A DNA stretch of 64,000 bases, taken from the NCBI GenBank assembly GCA_963815455.1, contig CAWFGO010000003.1, forward strand, positions 32,001-96,000. The letters are read 5' to 3'. This document shows positions 21,495-32,778 of this stretch, piece by piece (the stretch's first letter is position 1; each line of letters begins with the position of its first letter). The position numbers and the translations under genes are program-made. The notes below the pieces were generated by a model. The model had not been told where the DNA came from and did no database searches. It saw only the letters and a list, made by a program, of their open reading frames with translations. Source of the DNA: an uncultured Verrucomicrobiae bacterium (lineage in GTDB: Bacteria > Verrucomicrobiota > Verrucomicrobiia > Chthoniobacterales > UBA10450).

Positions 21495-21941
21495 TTGGAA
21501 CTCAAAGACATCAAAGCCCTCATCGACCTGATGACAGAGAACGACCTCTCTGTTTTCGAAATGGAGAAGGAGGGCTTCAAGATCAAGCTGCAAAAGGATG
21601 GAACCCCGGGAGCGGCGCCGATCATGGCCGGGCCAATCGCGCCACAGCCAGCCGCGGCGGCCATGCCGCAGGCTCAGACGCCGGTATCGGAAGCCGCGGC
21701 CGCGTCCCTGAACGAGATTGTGTCGCCGATGGTGGGTACATTCTATCGCGCCAGCTCGCCGGATTCATCGCCGTTTGTCGATATTGGAACTAGGGTTACC
21801 GAGGACACAGTGGTGTGCATCATTGAAGCGATGAAAGTGATGAACGAAATCAAAGCGGAAACGAGCGGCGTCATCGCCGAAGTCGTGGCTGAGAACGGCA
21901 AGCCGGTCCAGTTTGGTCAGGCCTTGTTTCGAGTTCGCTAA
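21495..21941 (+). CDS. accB: Acetyl-CoA carboxylase biotin carboxyl carrier protein
   Basis: [19 protein letters not shown] biotinylation motif; probable TTG start. Confidence 0.95.
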   Translation: MELKDIKALIDLMTENDLSVFEMEKEGFKIKLQKDGTPGAAPIMAGPIAPQPAAAAMPQAQTPVSEAAAASLNEIVSPMVGTFYRASSPDSSPFVDIGTRVTEDTVVCIIEAMKVMNEIKAETSGVIAEVVAENGKPVQFGQALFRVR

Positions 21942-22003
21942 ATGGCACGGCGCAATGTCAGTCTGGCTCCGAATGGCCGGACGCGCCGAATCGAACGTCT
22001 CAG

Positions 22004-23389
22004 ATGTTTCAAAAAGTCCTAATCGCTAATCGCGGAGAGATTGCGCTGCGGATTATCCGCGCCTGCAAAGAACTCGGTATTCGCACCCTCGCCGTGTACT
22101 CTGAGGCCGATGTCGATTCGCTGCATGTCCAGTTGGCCGACGAATCGATCTGTATCGGCGCCGCCCCCAGCTCCGAAAGTTATCTAAAAATCGATCGCAT
22201 CATGAGCGCGGCCGAAGTGGGCGATGTCGATGCGATTCACCCCGGTTACGGTTTCCTGGCCGAGAACGCGCACTTCGCCGAGGTCTGCGAAAGCTGCAAT
22301 ATCAAATTCATCGGTCCCCCGCCGCACGCCATGCACGCGATGGGGGACAAGAATTCGGCCCGGGCCGGCGCGCGCAACGCGGGTGTGCCGGTGACGCCCG
22401 GAAGCGATGGGATCATCGAGGACGAGAAGGAAGCGGTGAAGATTGCCAAGAAGATCGGCTACCCGGTGATGATCAAAGCGGTGGCGGGCGGCGGTGGGCG
22501 CGGGATGCGGGTCGCGCATAACGAGCCCAGTCTCATGACCGGTTTTCACGCCGCGCGAATGGAAGCGGAGAAGGCTTTTGGCAACGGTGCCGTTTACATG
22601 GAGAAATTCATTGTCAGCCCGCGCCACATCGAATTTCAGATCGTGGCCGACAGCCACGGGCACGTGATTCACCTGGGCGAACGCGATTGCTCCGTTCAAC
22701 GCCGGAACCAAAAAGTGATCGAGGAATGTCCGTCGCCGTTCATGACGCCGTCACTGCGCAAGAAAATGGGCAACGCGGCGGTGAAACTGGCGAAATCGGT
22801 CGGGTACGAAAACGCCGGCACGATCGAATTCCTGGTCGATCAGGATCGACATTTTTATTTCATGGAGATGAATACCCGCATCCAGGTCGAGCACACCATT
22901 ACGGAGGAGGTTTACGGCTGCGACCTGGTCAAAGAGCAAATCCGCATCGCCGCGGGCGAACCTCTATCGGAGCACGTCGCCCGCGCCCAGCCGCGGCTTC
23001 ATGCCATTCAATGCCGAATCAACGCTGAGGATCCGGAAAAGAATTTTCAGCCCTCGCCCGGCCGGATCAATTTTTATTACGCGCCGGGCGGGCGCGGGGT
23101 CCGTATCGATTCGCACGCTTACACCGGTTACATTGTGCCGCCGTATTACGATTCGCTCATCTCGAAGATCGTCACGGTCGGCGCGACCCGGACCAACGCG
23201 ATCGACCGGATGCGCCGCGCACTCGACGAATATTACATTACCGGCATCAAGACCACGGTGCCGTTTCATGCCGCCATCATGCGCAACGGGGATTTCCGGG
23301 CCGGAAACTACGACACCGGTTTCGTCGAGCGCGTCATGAAATCGGAGAATTTCCATCTGGTTCCGCCATCGGCGAAATTGCACGAGTAG
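22004..23389 (+). CDS. accC: Acetyl-CoA carboxylase biotin carboxylase
   Basis: [44 protein letters not shown]. Confidence 0.97.
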   Translation: MFQKVLIANRGEIALRIIRACKELGIRTLAVYSEADVDSLHVQLADESICIGAAPSSESYLKIDRIMSAAEVGDVDAIHPGYGFLAENAHFAEVCESCNIKFIGPPPHAMHAMGDKNSARAGARNAGVPVTPGSDGIIEDEKEAVKIAKKIGYPVMIKAVAGGGGRGMRVAHNEPSLMTGFHAARMEAEKAFGNGAVYMEKFIVSPRHIEFQIVADSHGHVIHLGERDCSVQRRNQKVIEECPSPFMTPSLRKKMGNAAVKLAKSVGYENAGTIEFLVDQDRHFYFMEMNTRIQVEHTITEEVYGCDLVKEQIRIAAGEPLSEHVARAQPRLHAIQCRINAEDPEKNFQPSPGRINFYYAPGGRGVRIDSHAYTGYIVPPYYDSLISKIVTVGATRTNAIDRMRRALDEYYITGIKTTVPFHAAIMRNGDFRAGNYDTGFVERVMKSENFHLVPPSAKLHE

Positions 23390-23692
23390 AGATTGGCGGA
23401 TGTAGCCACGGCGCTCTGTCGCCGTGTTGATCGGAGAAATTTGCCCCGACAGAGCGGGGCGGTTACAAAGTGTCGCTGTAGCGTGCGCTGTCCTCGCAAC
23501 CGTCATGGGGAGCGCACGCATCTTGGGTGCGCTCCCACGTGTCTGTAGGGGAAGCTGACAGCTTCCCGAGGAAATCCTGCGAAAGAGCGTCGCTGTAGTG
23601 GGTGCTGTCCCTCAGCGCATTTTTTTGCAGTCGCGCGCGTTGAAATCCGCTGGGGACAGCGGACGCTACAGCGTCACAGCCTGTTCCGATCA

Positions 23693-24316
23693 ATGAGGAC
23701 CTTAAATGAATGCCGCCTCTACGGGATCATTGATCTCGGTTACATCGAGATCGGCGATTGCTGCGGCATCGCCGAACAAATGCTCCAAGGCGGAGTCGAT
23801 CTCATTCAGCTTCGCGGGAAAGGAAAATCAATCGGAGAAATGACCGATCTGGCCGGGAAGCTCCACCAAATCACGTCGCGAGCTTCCACTCCGCTGATCG
23901 TCAACGATCATGCCGACATCGCCAGACAAGTTCCGCTCGAAGGCGTCCACGTCGGCCAGGACGACGATCCCATTGCTCTCGCGCGGCAAAAAGCCGGGCG
24001 TGCGATCGTGGTGGGAAAATCGACGCATAGCATCGAGCAAGCCCACGCTGCGCAGCGCGACGGCGCTGATTACATCGGCTTCGGCCCGATCTTCGCCACG
24101 CCAACCAAACCCGATTACCAGCCGATCGGGCTGGAAGAGATCGAACGACTTCATGCTGAAGCGACTCTCCCAATTTTCTGCATCGGCGGAATCAACATCG
24201 ACAATCTCCAGAGCGTGATCGACGCCGGGGCAAATCGAGTCGTGATGGTTTCTGCCTTGCTCAAAGCCCACAGCATCGTTGATTATGCCCGCTGCGTGAC
24301 CGATATGCTCGCGTAA
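23693..24316 (+). CDS. thiE: Thiamine-phosphate synthase
   Basis: QLRGK, IVND, GVHVGQDD, GKSTHS, GPIFATPTK, IGGI. Confidence 0.94.
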   Translation: MRTLNECRLYGIIDLGYIEIGDCCGIAEQMLQGGVDLIQLRGKGKSIGEMTDLAGKLHQITSRASTPLIVNDHADIARQVPLEGVHVGQDDDPIALARQKAGRAIVVGKSTHSIEQAHAAQRDGADYIGFGPIFATPTKPDYQPIGLEEIERLHAEATLPIFCIGGINIDNLQSVIDAGANRVVMVSALLKAHSIVDYARCVTDMLA

Positions 24317-24340
24317 TCCTTCGACATTCGTCATTCGATC

Positions 24341-25258
24341 ATGTCCGTTCTAATAGTTGGTTCCATTGCACTTGACACGGTTAAGACGCCGGTCGAAGAA
24401 CATGCCGATTTGTTGGGCGGCTCCGCTTCCTATGCGGCGCTGAGCGCGAGTTTCTTTTCTCCGGTACGATTGGTGGGCGTGGTCGGAGATGATTTTCCGG
24501 AATCCGAGTTCGATTCTTGGAAGAAACGCAAGATCGACATCGACGGTGTCCAACGAGCGAACGGAAAGACTTTTCGGTGGTCGGGCGAATATTCGTGGGA
24601 CCTGAACACGCGCGAAACGCGCTCGGTGGCGCTGAATGTTTTCGAGACTTTCAAGCCGGCGTTGCCGGAGGCGTATCGCCAAACCGATTTCGTTTTGCTG
24701 GCCAACATCGCGCCATCGTTGCAATCGCACGTACTCGATCAAATGGAACGTCCGCGCTTCATCGTCGCCGACACCATGGATCTTTGGATTCAAACCACGC
24801 GCAAAGATTTGGATGCGCTTCTGCCACGGGTCGATCTTCTCATTTTGAACGACAGCGAAGCCCGCGAGATGACAAAGGAAACGAGCCTGATCAAGGCCGG
24901 TCGCAAGATTCGAACGTTCGGTCCGCGCTATGTTGCGATCAAGAAAGGCGAGCACGGTGCGCTCTTGTTCGGCGAAAACGATCAGTTCTTTAGCTGCGGC
25001 GCGTATCCGCTGGAAGATATTCACGATCCGACCGGGGCAGGGGACACGTTTGCCGGCGGCATGGCGGGTTATCTCGCCGGCACGGTCAAGAAGGTCCACT
25101 TCAACGATCTGCGCAAAGCAATGATCTACGGCAGCGTCTTGGCCAGTTTCTGCGTGGAATCATTCAGTCTCGATCGCCTGCGCAAACTGTCGCTCGATGA
25201 AATCAACGAGCGCTACGAGATGTTCAAAACGATGAGCCAGTTCGAGCTGCCGGGATGA
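24341..25258 (+). CDS. PfkB-family carbohydrate kinase
   Basis: LGGSASY, NDSEA, KKGEHGA, DPTGAGDTFAGG. Confidence 0.93.
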   Translation: MSVLIVGSIALDTVKTPVEEHADLLGGSASYAALSASFFSPVRLVGVVGDDFPESEFDSWKKRKIDIDGVQRANGKTFRWSGEYSWDLNTRETRSVALNVFETFKPALPEAYRQTDFVLLANIAPSLQSHVLDQMERPRFIVADTMDLWIQTTRKDLDALLPRVDLLILNDSEAREMTKETSLIKAGRKIRTFGPRYVAIKKGEHGALLFGENDQFFSCGAYPLEDIHDPTGAGDTFAGGMAGYLAGTVKKVHFNDLRKAMIYGSVLASFCVESFSLDRLRKLSLDEINERYEMFKTMSQFELPG

Positions 25259-25332
25259 GAAATGTGAAGAAATGCGAAGGCCGCGCTTCGACGCGTTCCT
25301 CCGTTAGGCCCGCGCGGCTTTAACCGGCCTTG

Positions 25333-25879
25333 TTATATTCGGGTGCGAATCCAGCGTCGGCAGGCACCCATCCCAGCCAGAGCAACGCCGAGCAATTGAA
25401 TGGTTGTGCCGGAATCGGGAACGCTCGGGGCCAGAGGCCTCCAAATGCCCGAGGCACCCGGCGCGTTAGGCACGTTAGGCCCATCGCCCTCAATGAGTTC
25501 CAAATAACCGTCATAATAGCCGGGGTTACCCGGATTGGAGCCGTAGAAGTAGGGGCCCGCAAATCCCGTCGGCGAAAACGGGCCGGGGGGAGGAGCGAAC
25601 CCATAAATAGCGAAATCCCCGTCCCAGGTAGTTGTGCCGTAAGAGAGGATTGTGGCAATGGGGACGCCTCCGGTCACTGGACCGCCTGACCAACCCAGAA
25701 GATTCCAAGCGATCAACATGTTGTCCTGTATGGTTATCGGTACTCCCATCGTATATGGTCGGGTTGTCCTCAGTGGCGCTGAATTCGTAGGTCACCGTCG
25801 GACCCATTACCACGGCGGTGGCCGTGCTTATGGATACCGCTGCAATCGTGATAGCTAGGAGCATTCTGGCTGTTTTCAT
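25333..25879 (-). CDS. VPDSG-CTERM sorting-domain surface protein (frameshifted)
   Basis: Signal peptide MKTARMLLAITIAAV...; C-terminus SVPDSGTTIQLLGVALAGMGACRRW in another frame. Confidence 0.85.
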
Positions 25880-25909
25880 AAATTTGGCCAATATGGCAAA
25901 TCGAAGTTA

Positions 25910-25924
25910 GCCATTCTTGTACCA
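25910..25924 (-). promoter_or_regulatory. Putative sigma54 (-24/-12) promoter of the VPDSG-CTERM gene
   Basis: TGGTACAAGAATGGC with exact GG-N10-GC spacing; candidate enhancer GTGTAAAAGCCTCCGAC at about 26026-26042. Confidence 0.55.
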
Positions 25925-26066
25925 CTGGGTCAGATTTGGACTTAGTCGCTCGCTCTAAATAGCTACATACAAGGGATTTATGCTATTTGCATTCACAGGA
26001 TCTTGAATGGAAGGTAATCCGAAAAGTGTAAAAGCCTCCGACGATATTCAGCGTGGAGAGAAGGTC

Positions 26067-26140
26067 CGCGCCCGTGAAGATTCGAACTTCAAACCTTCTG
26101 ATCCGTAGTCAGATGCTCTATCCAGTTGAGCTACGGGCGC
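26067..26140 (-). tRNA. tRNA-Arg (anticodon ACG), CCA not encoded
   Basis: GCGCCCGTAGCTCAACTGGATAGAGCATCTGACT-ACG-GATCAGAAGGTTTGAAGTTCGAATCTTCACGGGCGCG cloverleaf. Confidence 0.96.
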
Positions 26141-26206
26141 TCCGAAAGAGCGTTTAATTTGCGGAGGAAGAGGGAAGCGTCAAATGCAGTGATCTGTGAC
26201 CAGTGA

Positions 26207-27403
26207 TCAGGACTGGCGGCGCAGGGTGATGTGAACGAGCTCGGCCGGGGCGTTGATTCTTAGCGGGAACCAATTTCCGACGCCGTTCGAAACGATTAGT
26301 TTGCTGTCGCCGCGCGTATAGAGACCGGTCCAGTAGCGGAAGATCGCCGGGCCAAATCCGAGTCGCTCGTTTAACATTAATTGTCCGCCATGAGTGTGGC
26401 CGGAGAGAATGAGCGGCAGGCCGGCTTCAGCGGCGGCATCGAAGGCGTGGGGATGATGGGCCAGCAGGATGGGGAAAACGTCGGGCTGGCGTTGTTGCAA
26501 CAGGGTGCGCACAGATTGCCCAATCGCCGCGTCACGATTTTTTCGCGCGCGTGTCCAACTCAACCCCAGCAGTTGGACCGGCGAGCCGCGGACAGAGACA
26601 ATCGCCGATTCATCCAAAAGAAATGGAATCCCGGAGGCTTTGACCCGAGTCTCGAATTCCGACGGATTCTCAATCAGATCGTGATTGCCTTCGATGATGT
26701 ACAAGCCCCGGCGCGGATCCAATGTTCGAACGAGATTGAGTCCGTCGTCCAAGACCGCGAGTGAGTCGTTGATCAAATCTCCGGTTAACAACACGAGATC
26801 CGCTCGCAGCTCGTTCACTACTTGAACCATCCTTTGCAGCACGCGCCCGGAAGTGAATCGCCCCACGTGCATGTCGCTTATCTGGGCGATCGTCATTCCA
26901 TCGAGATCCGGTGGCAGGTCGCGAATAGGTAAAACGAAACGCCGCACCCGGAAACTGTTGAGTTGGGCCATCGCTACACCGGTGAGGCTCAGGGTGAAAA
27001 CGGGCGGAGCCAAGGCCGCGGCAAAACCGAGAAAATCGCGGCGGGTCCAATGCGGCTGAACATCGGAGGAGGCGATTTCTCTTCTAAGGCGACGCCGGCT
27101 CAGTCGCACGATGGCCATTGCTGCCAGGATCGGTAGCAAGGCGATGCCGATCAGGGAGATCAGGCTCAGACCAAGAAAGTGCCAAATGAACAGGGCGATC
27201 ACTGCGACCTTGGGCAACCAGTCGTCCCAACCGGAGCGAAGCATCCGCGCGGCGATGATCCAGATCAGCCCAATCATTTGCGCGCTGAAGAAAAGCGCGA
27301 GGACGACCCGAGCGAATTTGGAATTCGTCAGTCGCGCGAGCACCCACCACCAGATCGCATCCAAGAGAAGGATCGAGCCGATGATGATGAAAACAATACT
27401 CAC
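26207..27403 (-). CDS. Membrane-anchored calcineurin-like metallophosphoesterase (YkuE-like)
   Basis: SDMH, TGD, GNHD, LAHHP, SGHTHGGQ; N-terminal TMs. Confidence 0.92.
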   Translation of the reverse strand: MSIVFIIIGSILLLDAIWWWVLARLTNSKFARVVLALFFSAQMIGLIWIIAARMLRSGWDDWLPKVAVIALFIWHFLGLSLISLIGIALLPILAAMAIVRLSRRRLRREIASSDVQPHWTRRDFLGFAAALAPPVFTLSLTGVAMAQLNSFRVRRFVLPIRDLPPDLDGMTIAQISDMHVGRFTSGRVLQRMVQVVNELRADLVLLTGDLINDSLAVLDDGLNLVRTLDPRRGLYIIEGNHDLIENPSEFETRVKASGIPFLLDESAIVSVRGSPVQLLGLSWTRARKNRDAAIGQSVRTLLQQRQPDVFPILLAHHPHAFDAAAEAGLPLILSGHTHGGQLMLNERLGFGPAIFRYWTGLYTRGDSKLIVSNGVGNWFPLRINAPAELVHITLRRQS

Positions 27404-27486
27404 CGTTGGAATTTAGCTGATCTCCTGAATTTGTCCGGTGGAAGCGATCAGCTTGAGCAGATCGCGAGAACTGCGATTCTCCTCGG

Positions 27487-28629
27487 GTGACAATCTTTCT
27501 CGGCTGCGGATTCGCGGCGAAATATCGCGAGGGTGGGGGGAATCTCTCCGTGCCGCTGCAATGGATGCTCGGTCTGTGCCGTTTGAAACTGGATGCGGTC
27601 TGGCTGGAGCTCTTGCCGGCGACAAACGATCCGCGCGACGATCAGGCTAAGATCGACAGTTTCCAGCGTCGAATGCGCGAGCACGGGCTTGGCGGCCGAT
27701 ATTGTCTGCTCTATCAGAAGCCGGCGGACAGCTCCCATGATCTGGATACGATTCGTTGCATCGGCATTTCCAAGCGAGAATTGCTCGAACGATTGGCTGG
27801 CCCGAGCACACTGCTCAATCTCAGTTACTCCATTCATCCCCCGCTGCTCTTGCGATTCGACAGGAGAATCTTTTGCGATCTCGATCCGAGCGAAATTTTT
27901 TACTGGATGACGCAGATGGAGTTGGGCCAATCGCATCACGATGAATTTTTTACGATTGGCCTTAACGTCCACGCACCCGATTGCCGGTTGCCGAAATTGC
28001 CGGTTCGCTGGAAGACGTTTTATCCGCTCGTGGACACACGGCTCTTGCAGCGTCGGCCCCGTCCGCAATCGCCAAAATTCACCACAATCGGGCAGTGGTA
28101 TTGGGATGGAGCGGTGGAGGTGGACGGCGAATTTCCGGATTTATCGAAGAGAGCGGCGTTTGAGCCGTATCTCGATCTGCCAAAGCGCCTCCCGAAGGCG
28201 CAGTTTGAACTGGCGATGAACTTGGGCGCGGACGAGGCCGAACAACAGCGGCTGAGAAAGCGCGGCTGGCACGTTGTCGATCCTCACCAGGTGGCGCGAA
28301 CGCCCGGCATTTACCGTAAATACCTCAGCGGCGCGCTGGCCGAGTTCACCGCAATCAAGGGTGTGGATGTGGCATGGCAAACGGGATGGCTTAGCGATCG
28401 GGCGGCGGCTTTCCTGGCCATGGGCCGGCCGGTCGTTACCGAAGACACCGGTGCAGGGAAATATATTCCCCGTGGCAGCGGGTTTCTATTTGTCAGGGGC
28501 TTGAACGAGGCTGAGGCGGCAATCAAAGAAATTCTTGGGAACTGGCCGCGGCTTTCCCGGCAGGCGCGCAGCTGCGCCGTGGAGATATTCGATTCAGCCA
28601 GGAATTTCCGCAAAATTCTCGATCTTTAG
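27487..28629 (+). CDS. Uncharacterised glycosyltransferase-like (GT-B) protein, paralog A
   Basis: C-terminal EFTAIK...TGWLSDRAAAFLAMGRPVVTEDTG resembles a GT-B nucleotide-sugar-binding half; paralog of 34866-36038. Confidence 0.6.
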   Translation: MTIFLGCGFAAKYREGGGNLSVPLQWMLGLCRLKLDAVWLELLPATNDPRDDQAKIDSFQRRMREHGLGGRYCLLYQKPADSSHDLDTIRCIGISKRELLERLAGPSTLLNLSYSIHPPLLLRFDRRIFCDLDPSEIFYWMTQMELGQSHHDEFFTIGLNVHAPDCRLPKLPVRWKTFYPLVDTRLLQRRPRPQSPKFTTIGQWYWDGAVEVDGEFPDLSKRAAFEPYLDLPKRLPKAQFELAMNLGADEAEQQRLRKRGWHVVDPHQVARTPGIYRKYLSGALAEFTAIKGVDVAWQTGWLSDRAAAFLAMGRPVVTEDTGAGKYIPRGSGFLFVRGLNEAEAAIKEILGNWPRLSRQARSCAVEIFDSARNFRKILDL

Positions 28630-28707
28630 CTGCGGTTCGGTGCGCGATAAAAAAGCCTCGATTTGCCGATTGCAAAACAAATTTCGGGTGTTACTCGTTG
28701 TCCGGTT

Positions 28708-28992
28708 ATGGCTGACTTGATCAAAGCAGGCGAGCTCAAGGAGCGCATGAAAAAGATCCCGGAATGGGAGCTGGAGAAGAAACATATCGAACGCACTTTT
28801 GAGTTCGACGATTTCGCCGATGCGATCGATTTCGTGAACTCAGTGGCCGAGGTGGCCGAGGAAGAAGAGCATCACCCCGACATCGACATTCGCTATAATA
28901 AAGTGCGCCTGGTCCTTTCCACTCACAGCAAAGGCGGCCTGACCGAACTCGATTTCGCCCTGGCCGAGCGGATCGACACATTGTCCGAGTGA
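28708..28992 (+). CDS. Pterin-4-alpha-carbinolamine dehydratase
   Basis: AEEEEHHPDIDI.YNKV...LSTHSKGGLTELDF.LA. Confidence 0.93.
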   Translation: MADLIKAGELKERMKKIPEWELEKKHIERTFEFDDFADAIDFVNSVAEVAEEEEHHPDIDIRYNKVRLVLSTHSKGGLTELDFALAERIDTLSE

Positions 28993-28995
28993 CGG

Positions 28996-29155
28996 GTGGA
29001 TACGACGACCCGAGCTGCTACGGCGAATTCGTTTCTGGGTCGCAACGGCGCTGACCATTCTGCTCGTGATCGCGGTCTGGAAATTTATCGATTACCGGAT
29101 GCGCCCGCCCGCCACCGCCGCATCCCCCTGCGCCGCTAAGCGCGCCGTGATGTAG
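28996..29155 (+). CDS. Possible small single-TM protein (needs one indel near the start)
   Basis: Frame reads RRPELLRRIRFWVATALTILLVIAVWKFIDYRMRPP; GTG start is out of frame by one base. Confidence 0.3.
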
Positions 29156-29212
29156 CGGCGCTCTCTGAGCGTCGAATTCTTATCCGTCCGACGGTCAGAG
29201 ACCGCCGCTACA
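29151..29212. repeat. GTAG-type REP doublet (family A)
   Basis: TGTAGCGGCGCTCTCTGAGCGTCG ... CGACGGTCAGAGACCGCCGCTACA. Confidence 0.75.
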
Positions 29213-29215
29213 GTC

Positions 29216-29659
29216 CTAGTGGGTTACCCCTAACGAGCGGCCTTCGTCGGCATCGATAAAGGCGAACATGGTTTCGATCTCGGAGCGGCCGGCCATTCCC
29301 GCTTCTTTTTTGCGGCGCTTGAGTGTCTCGGAAATTTCGTCGTTCCAGCCCGCGCTTCCGCATGAATTCATTCCAAACATAAATCTCATCGTCCGATGGC
29401 TGCCGTCCGTTATTGAAACACCATTGGAGAATTTCCTCATCCGTGCCGCCTTGTTTCACCCGGTTAACGAGTCTGGTCGTAATCAACGCGCAGAAACGGA
29501 TGCAGCTGGCGTCGAAACCGCGCCCCAGATTCGCTTGATAATCTTCCGGCAATTCGCCTTTCTCGTGTGCGCGAATCTTGTCGAGCATCCGCCCGAAATA
29601 GACCAGCCCGCCTGTACTGCGACATATGGACTGCGCAGAATTTCAGATCCTTCAGTCAT
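29216..29659 (-). CDS. DUF5069 domain protein (frameshifted)
   Basis: LRSPY...GLVYFGRMLDKIRAH..GELPEDY..NLG.GFD...TDEEILQW...W...FIDADEGR. Confidence 0.8.
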
Positions 29660-29798
29660 GCCAGGTCAGTTTGCCCGACATTGTGCCGCAGGGTCGTTTC
29701 AAGGCTTGCGAATAAGTTTCGATTCTGAGCAGGAAGAAGCAATGGCGACGCCTTTTTGCCTCTAGCGATTTGGCGGTTTCGGTGCGTTAATTGGTTCC

Positions 29799-31225
29799 AT
29801 GGACCGGATCGTTGGAATCGAGACCGAATACGGCTGTCTGCTGAGCGACGAGGAGCCGCACGGCAACTCCGATCTTTGGCCGGCCAAGGTCAAAAACTAT
29901 CTGTTTCGAAAGGCTGAGGCCGGAACGATCGATCTGCATTATCGCGATTACGAGGAACCGCCCGGCAATGGCGGTTTTCTTCTCAATGGCGGCCGGCTTT
30001 ACCTCGACATGGGCCACATCGAATACGCGTCGCCGGAATGTCTGCATCTGCATGATCTCGTTGCCTACGATCTGGCCGGCGACGAGCTGCTTCAGTCGGC
30101 GCTCGCCGCCTTAGGCGCGGACGATCGCGTCTCGTTCATCAAGAACAATGTCGATCATCACACCGGCGCGACTTTCGGTTGTCACGAGAATTATTTGATG
30201 AAACGCGAGGCGCAATTCACGCCGCCGATCCTCGGGACGCTCCTCACATTTCTGGCCACGCGGCAAATCTTTACCGGCGCGGGGCGGGTCGGGCAGGCGA
30301 ATCCGCTGGCGTTCGATTTCGAGCCGCCGCAGCAGGAAGCGCAGGTTCATTTTCAGCTCAGCCAGCGCGCCGATCACATCGTGAACGACATTTATCAATG
30401 GGTGCAATTCAATCGCGCCATTATCAACGCTCGCGACGAGCCGCTGGCCGATTATCGCAAATACCGGCGCCTGCATTTGCTCATCGGCGATTCGAACATG
30501 AGCCCGTTCGCCACCGCGCTGAAGATCGGAACCACCGCTTGCGTGCTGACGCTGCTCGAAGACGGCCGTTTGCCGCGCAACCTGGTCCTGGCCGATGCCG
30601 TCCAGAGCACGCGCGACATTTCCCGCGACTCAACCGGGCGTTGGATTGTCGATCTCGAAAATGGCAAGACCATCGGCGCGCTCGATGTGCAATGGCAATT
30701 TCACGATCTTGCCCAACGCCACCTGCGCGGAACAGCAGCGCCGAAACCGATTGGCTTTTGGAAAGTTGGAGCTTCGTTCTCGAAGCGCTCGAGCAAAATC
30801 CGGCAATCGCTCATCGGCGGCGTGGATTGGATCACAAAGAAATGGCTGCTCGAAACGCTTGATCGAAGCCGAAGGATTAAGCTGGGACGATCCATGGCTC
30901 CAAAGTGTCGATCTTGAATATCACAACATCGATCCGGCCGAAGGCTTGTTTTTCGGCGTCACGCCCGGGAAAACGAATCGGCGAATGGAACAACAGTGTC
31001 CGCCGTCCCGACGCCATGCGCATCCCGCCGGCCAACACGCGCGCGTCCGGTCGGGCCCGCGCCGTCGCCGCATTCCAGAACCGCGAGCTTCCTTACGTCA
31101 TCAACTGGGACTCGATCGCCTGCGACAGCCGCGATTTTCTGGTCATGGGCGACCCGTTCAAGACCTACAACGACGAAGTGGAAAAATTTCTCAGCACTGC
31201 GCGCCCGCCGCCGCAAATTGAATAA
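29799..31225 (+). CDS. pafA: Pup/UBact ligase (PafA-type, Pup ligase/deamidase family), frameshifted
   Basis: RIVGIETEYG, NGGRLYLDMGHIEYASPEC, KNN.D...TFGCHENYL, SQRADHI, IINARDEPLAD..YRRLHLLIGDSNMS, VDWITKKWLL, DLEYHNI, PPANTRA. Confidence 0.88.
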
Positions 31226-31264
31226 CTGATCCGCGAAAATTCGCGTACTCCGCGGTTGTCGATG

Positions 31265-32777
31265 TTACTCCAGGCGCTGCAACGAGGAGATGCCGTAACT
31301 TTCCTGAAGCGCAGGCGCGTCTTCGGCTACCTGGGCGGCGTCGAGCTCGATCTCTTTTGGATCTTCTTCGGTCTCGACTTTGATGAAGCCGCCTTCGATC
31401 GGTTGTTTGACCGCTTCAGCCAAATCTTCCAGCGAGCGGATCTCTTTACCGTTCACCCGTCGTCACTATGAGATAAGCAAAATCTTCGTAGCCGATGGTG
31501 GCGTTGGCGGGCAGGATCTGGCTAAGGACAACGACTTTGCGGTGACCTTCGGGAAAGAGCTCGGATTGGAAATGATCGAGATAAACGAATTTCTGGGGCG
31601 CTTCTCTCAGCCAATTGCCGCCCCATTCGCGAAGATATTGACGTGATAGTTCCTGGAAGATGAGCCCGCCCAGGACGTAATAGCGCGGCGCTTGATCGAA
31701 ATTGTAGGGCGGGATGACGTAATCGCTGGCGTCGCGATGCTCAAGCGTGATGTTCAATTGCATCGGCTGGCCGTTGCGCCGGATCTGGAACGGGATGGTG
31801 TCGCCGGCGAACGCGCGCGCGGTGAGAAGATGAGTGAATTCGAGTTTGCCGTAGAGAGGATCGACATAGTTGCCATTCTGATCGATCTCGCTCTTGGCGA
31901 TGGCCGTCACGACATCGCCCACCTGCAATCCGGCTTTCATCGCGGGCGAGCCTGGCTCGACGCTGGTGACGTAGACTCCGCCGGCTTGCCCGGTCTCGCC
32001 GGCGAACTGGCGCAGCTCGGGATCCCGCGTCGGGAAAAACGAAAAACCGGCAGAAGGGAAACCGCGATACTTTTGGCTCTCGGCCTCTTTCAAGAAATGC
32101 AAGATGATGGGGGCGGGAATCACGTCGAGGATCTGCGCCCGCGAATCGTAGCGCAGAAGCAGTCCGGCCAGTTTGTTATTCTTCACCATCGGCACGGTGT
32201 AGCTGTTTTCGCGATACTGCATCGACAAGCTCACGCGATAGGTGAGGAACTGACCGACATCGGCGGGGTACCGCATGATCTGAATAGTCGTGACCCGGCC
32301 TTCGGTCGGAATTAACGCGCCGGTTGGTTCCAACTGCCACGCGGAGAGCCGGTCGCCTACCACGGTGTCGCTGGCGATTTCAAGCGGAGTGATGCCATCG
32401 AGAAATTTTTTCTCGGCCGGCTCGATCAGAGCCAGGTTGGCTTCGTAATCAATCACCGTGACGTTGGCCGCGATTTTTTCGCCGGACTCCGCGCGTTCCA
32501 GCTCCACGTAGTTTTGGTTCGCGACCAGGTCCGCCGTCACCAGGACGCGGCCTTTGGAAAGAACGGCGCCGAGGGCGCGTTTCGAGAACGGCGCCTTCTT
32601 TTGCCATGGCCGAAAATAATCGTAGGACTGGCCGGTTACGTTTACGCGCACGAGCGCGAGCTGCTTTTGCTTGCTCAACGATGCCGGCGCGGCCGTTTCC
32701 TTCTTGGCAACCGCTGCTGTGGCCGCCGTGACAGTTACGAGGACGATTCCCAAAGATATGAACAAGCGGCTTCGCAT
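31265..32777 (-). CDS. Secreted Deg2-like trypsin/PDZ protein with degenerate catalytic triad (frameshift near C-terminus)
   Basis: LVTADLV (His->Asp), YEANLA (Asp->Asn), ENSYTVP in place of GNSGGP; two PDZ-like regions. Confidence 0.8.
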
Positions 32778-32778
32778 C

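Noticed and set aside
25259..26140. Genomic island integrated at tRNA-Arg
   Set aside because: No integrase and no direct repeat of the tRNA 3' end was found downstream.
28993..31264. Search for a Pup/UBact modifier ORF beside pafA
   Set aside because: I found no small acidic ORF ending in GGE/GGQ or (S/T)GE/GQ in the flanking intergenic DNA.
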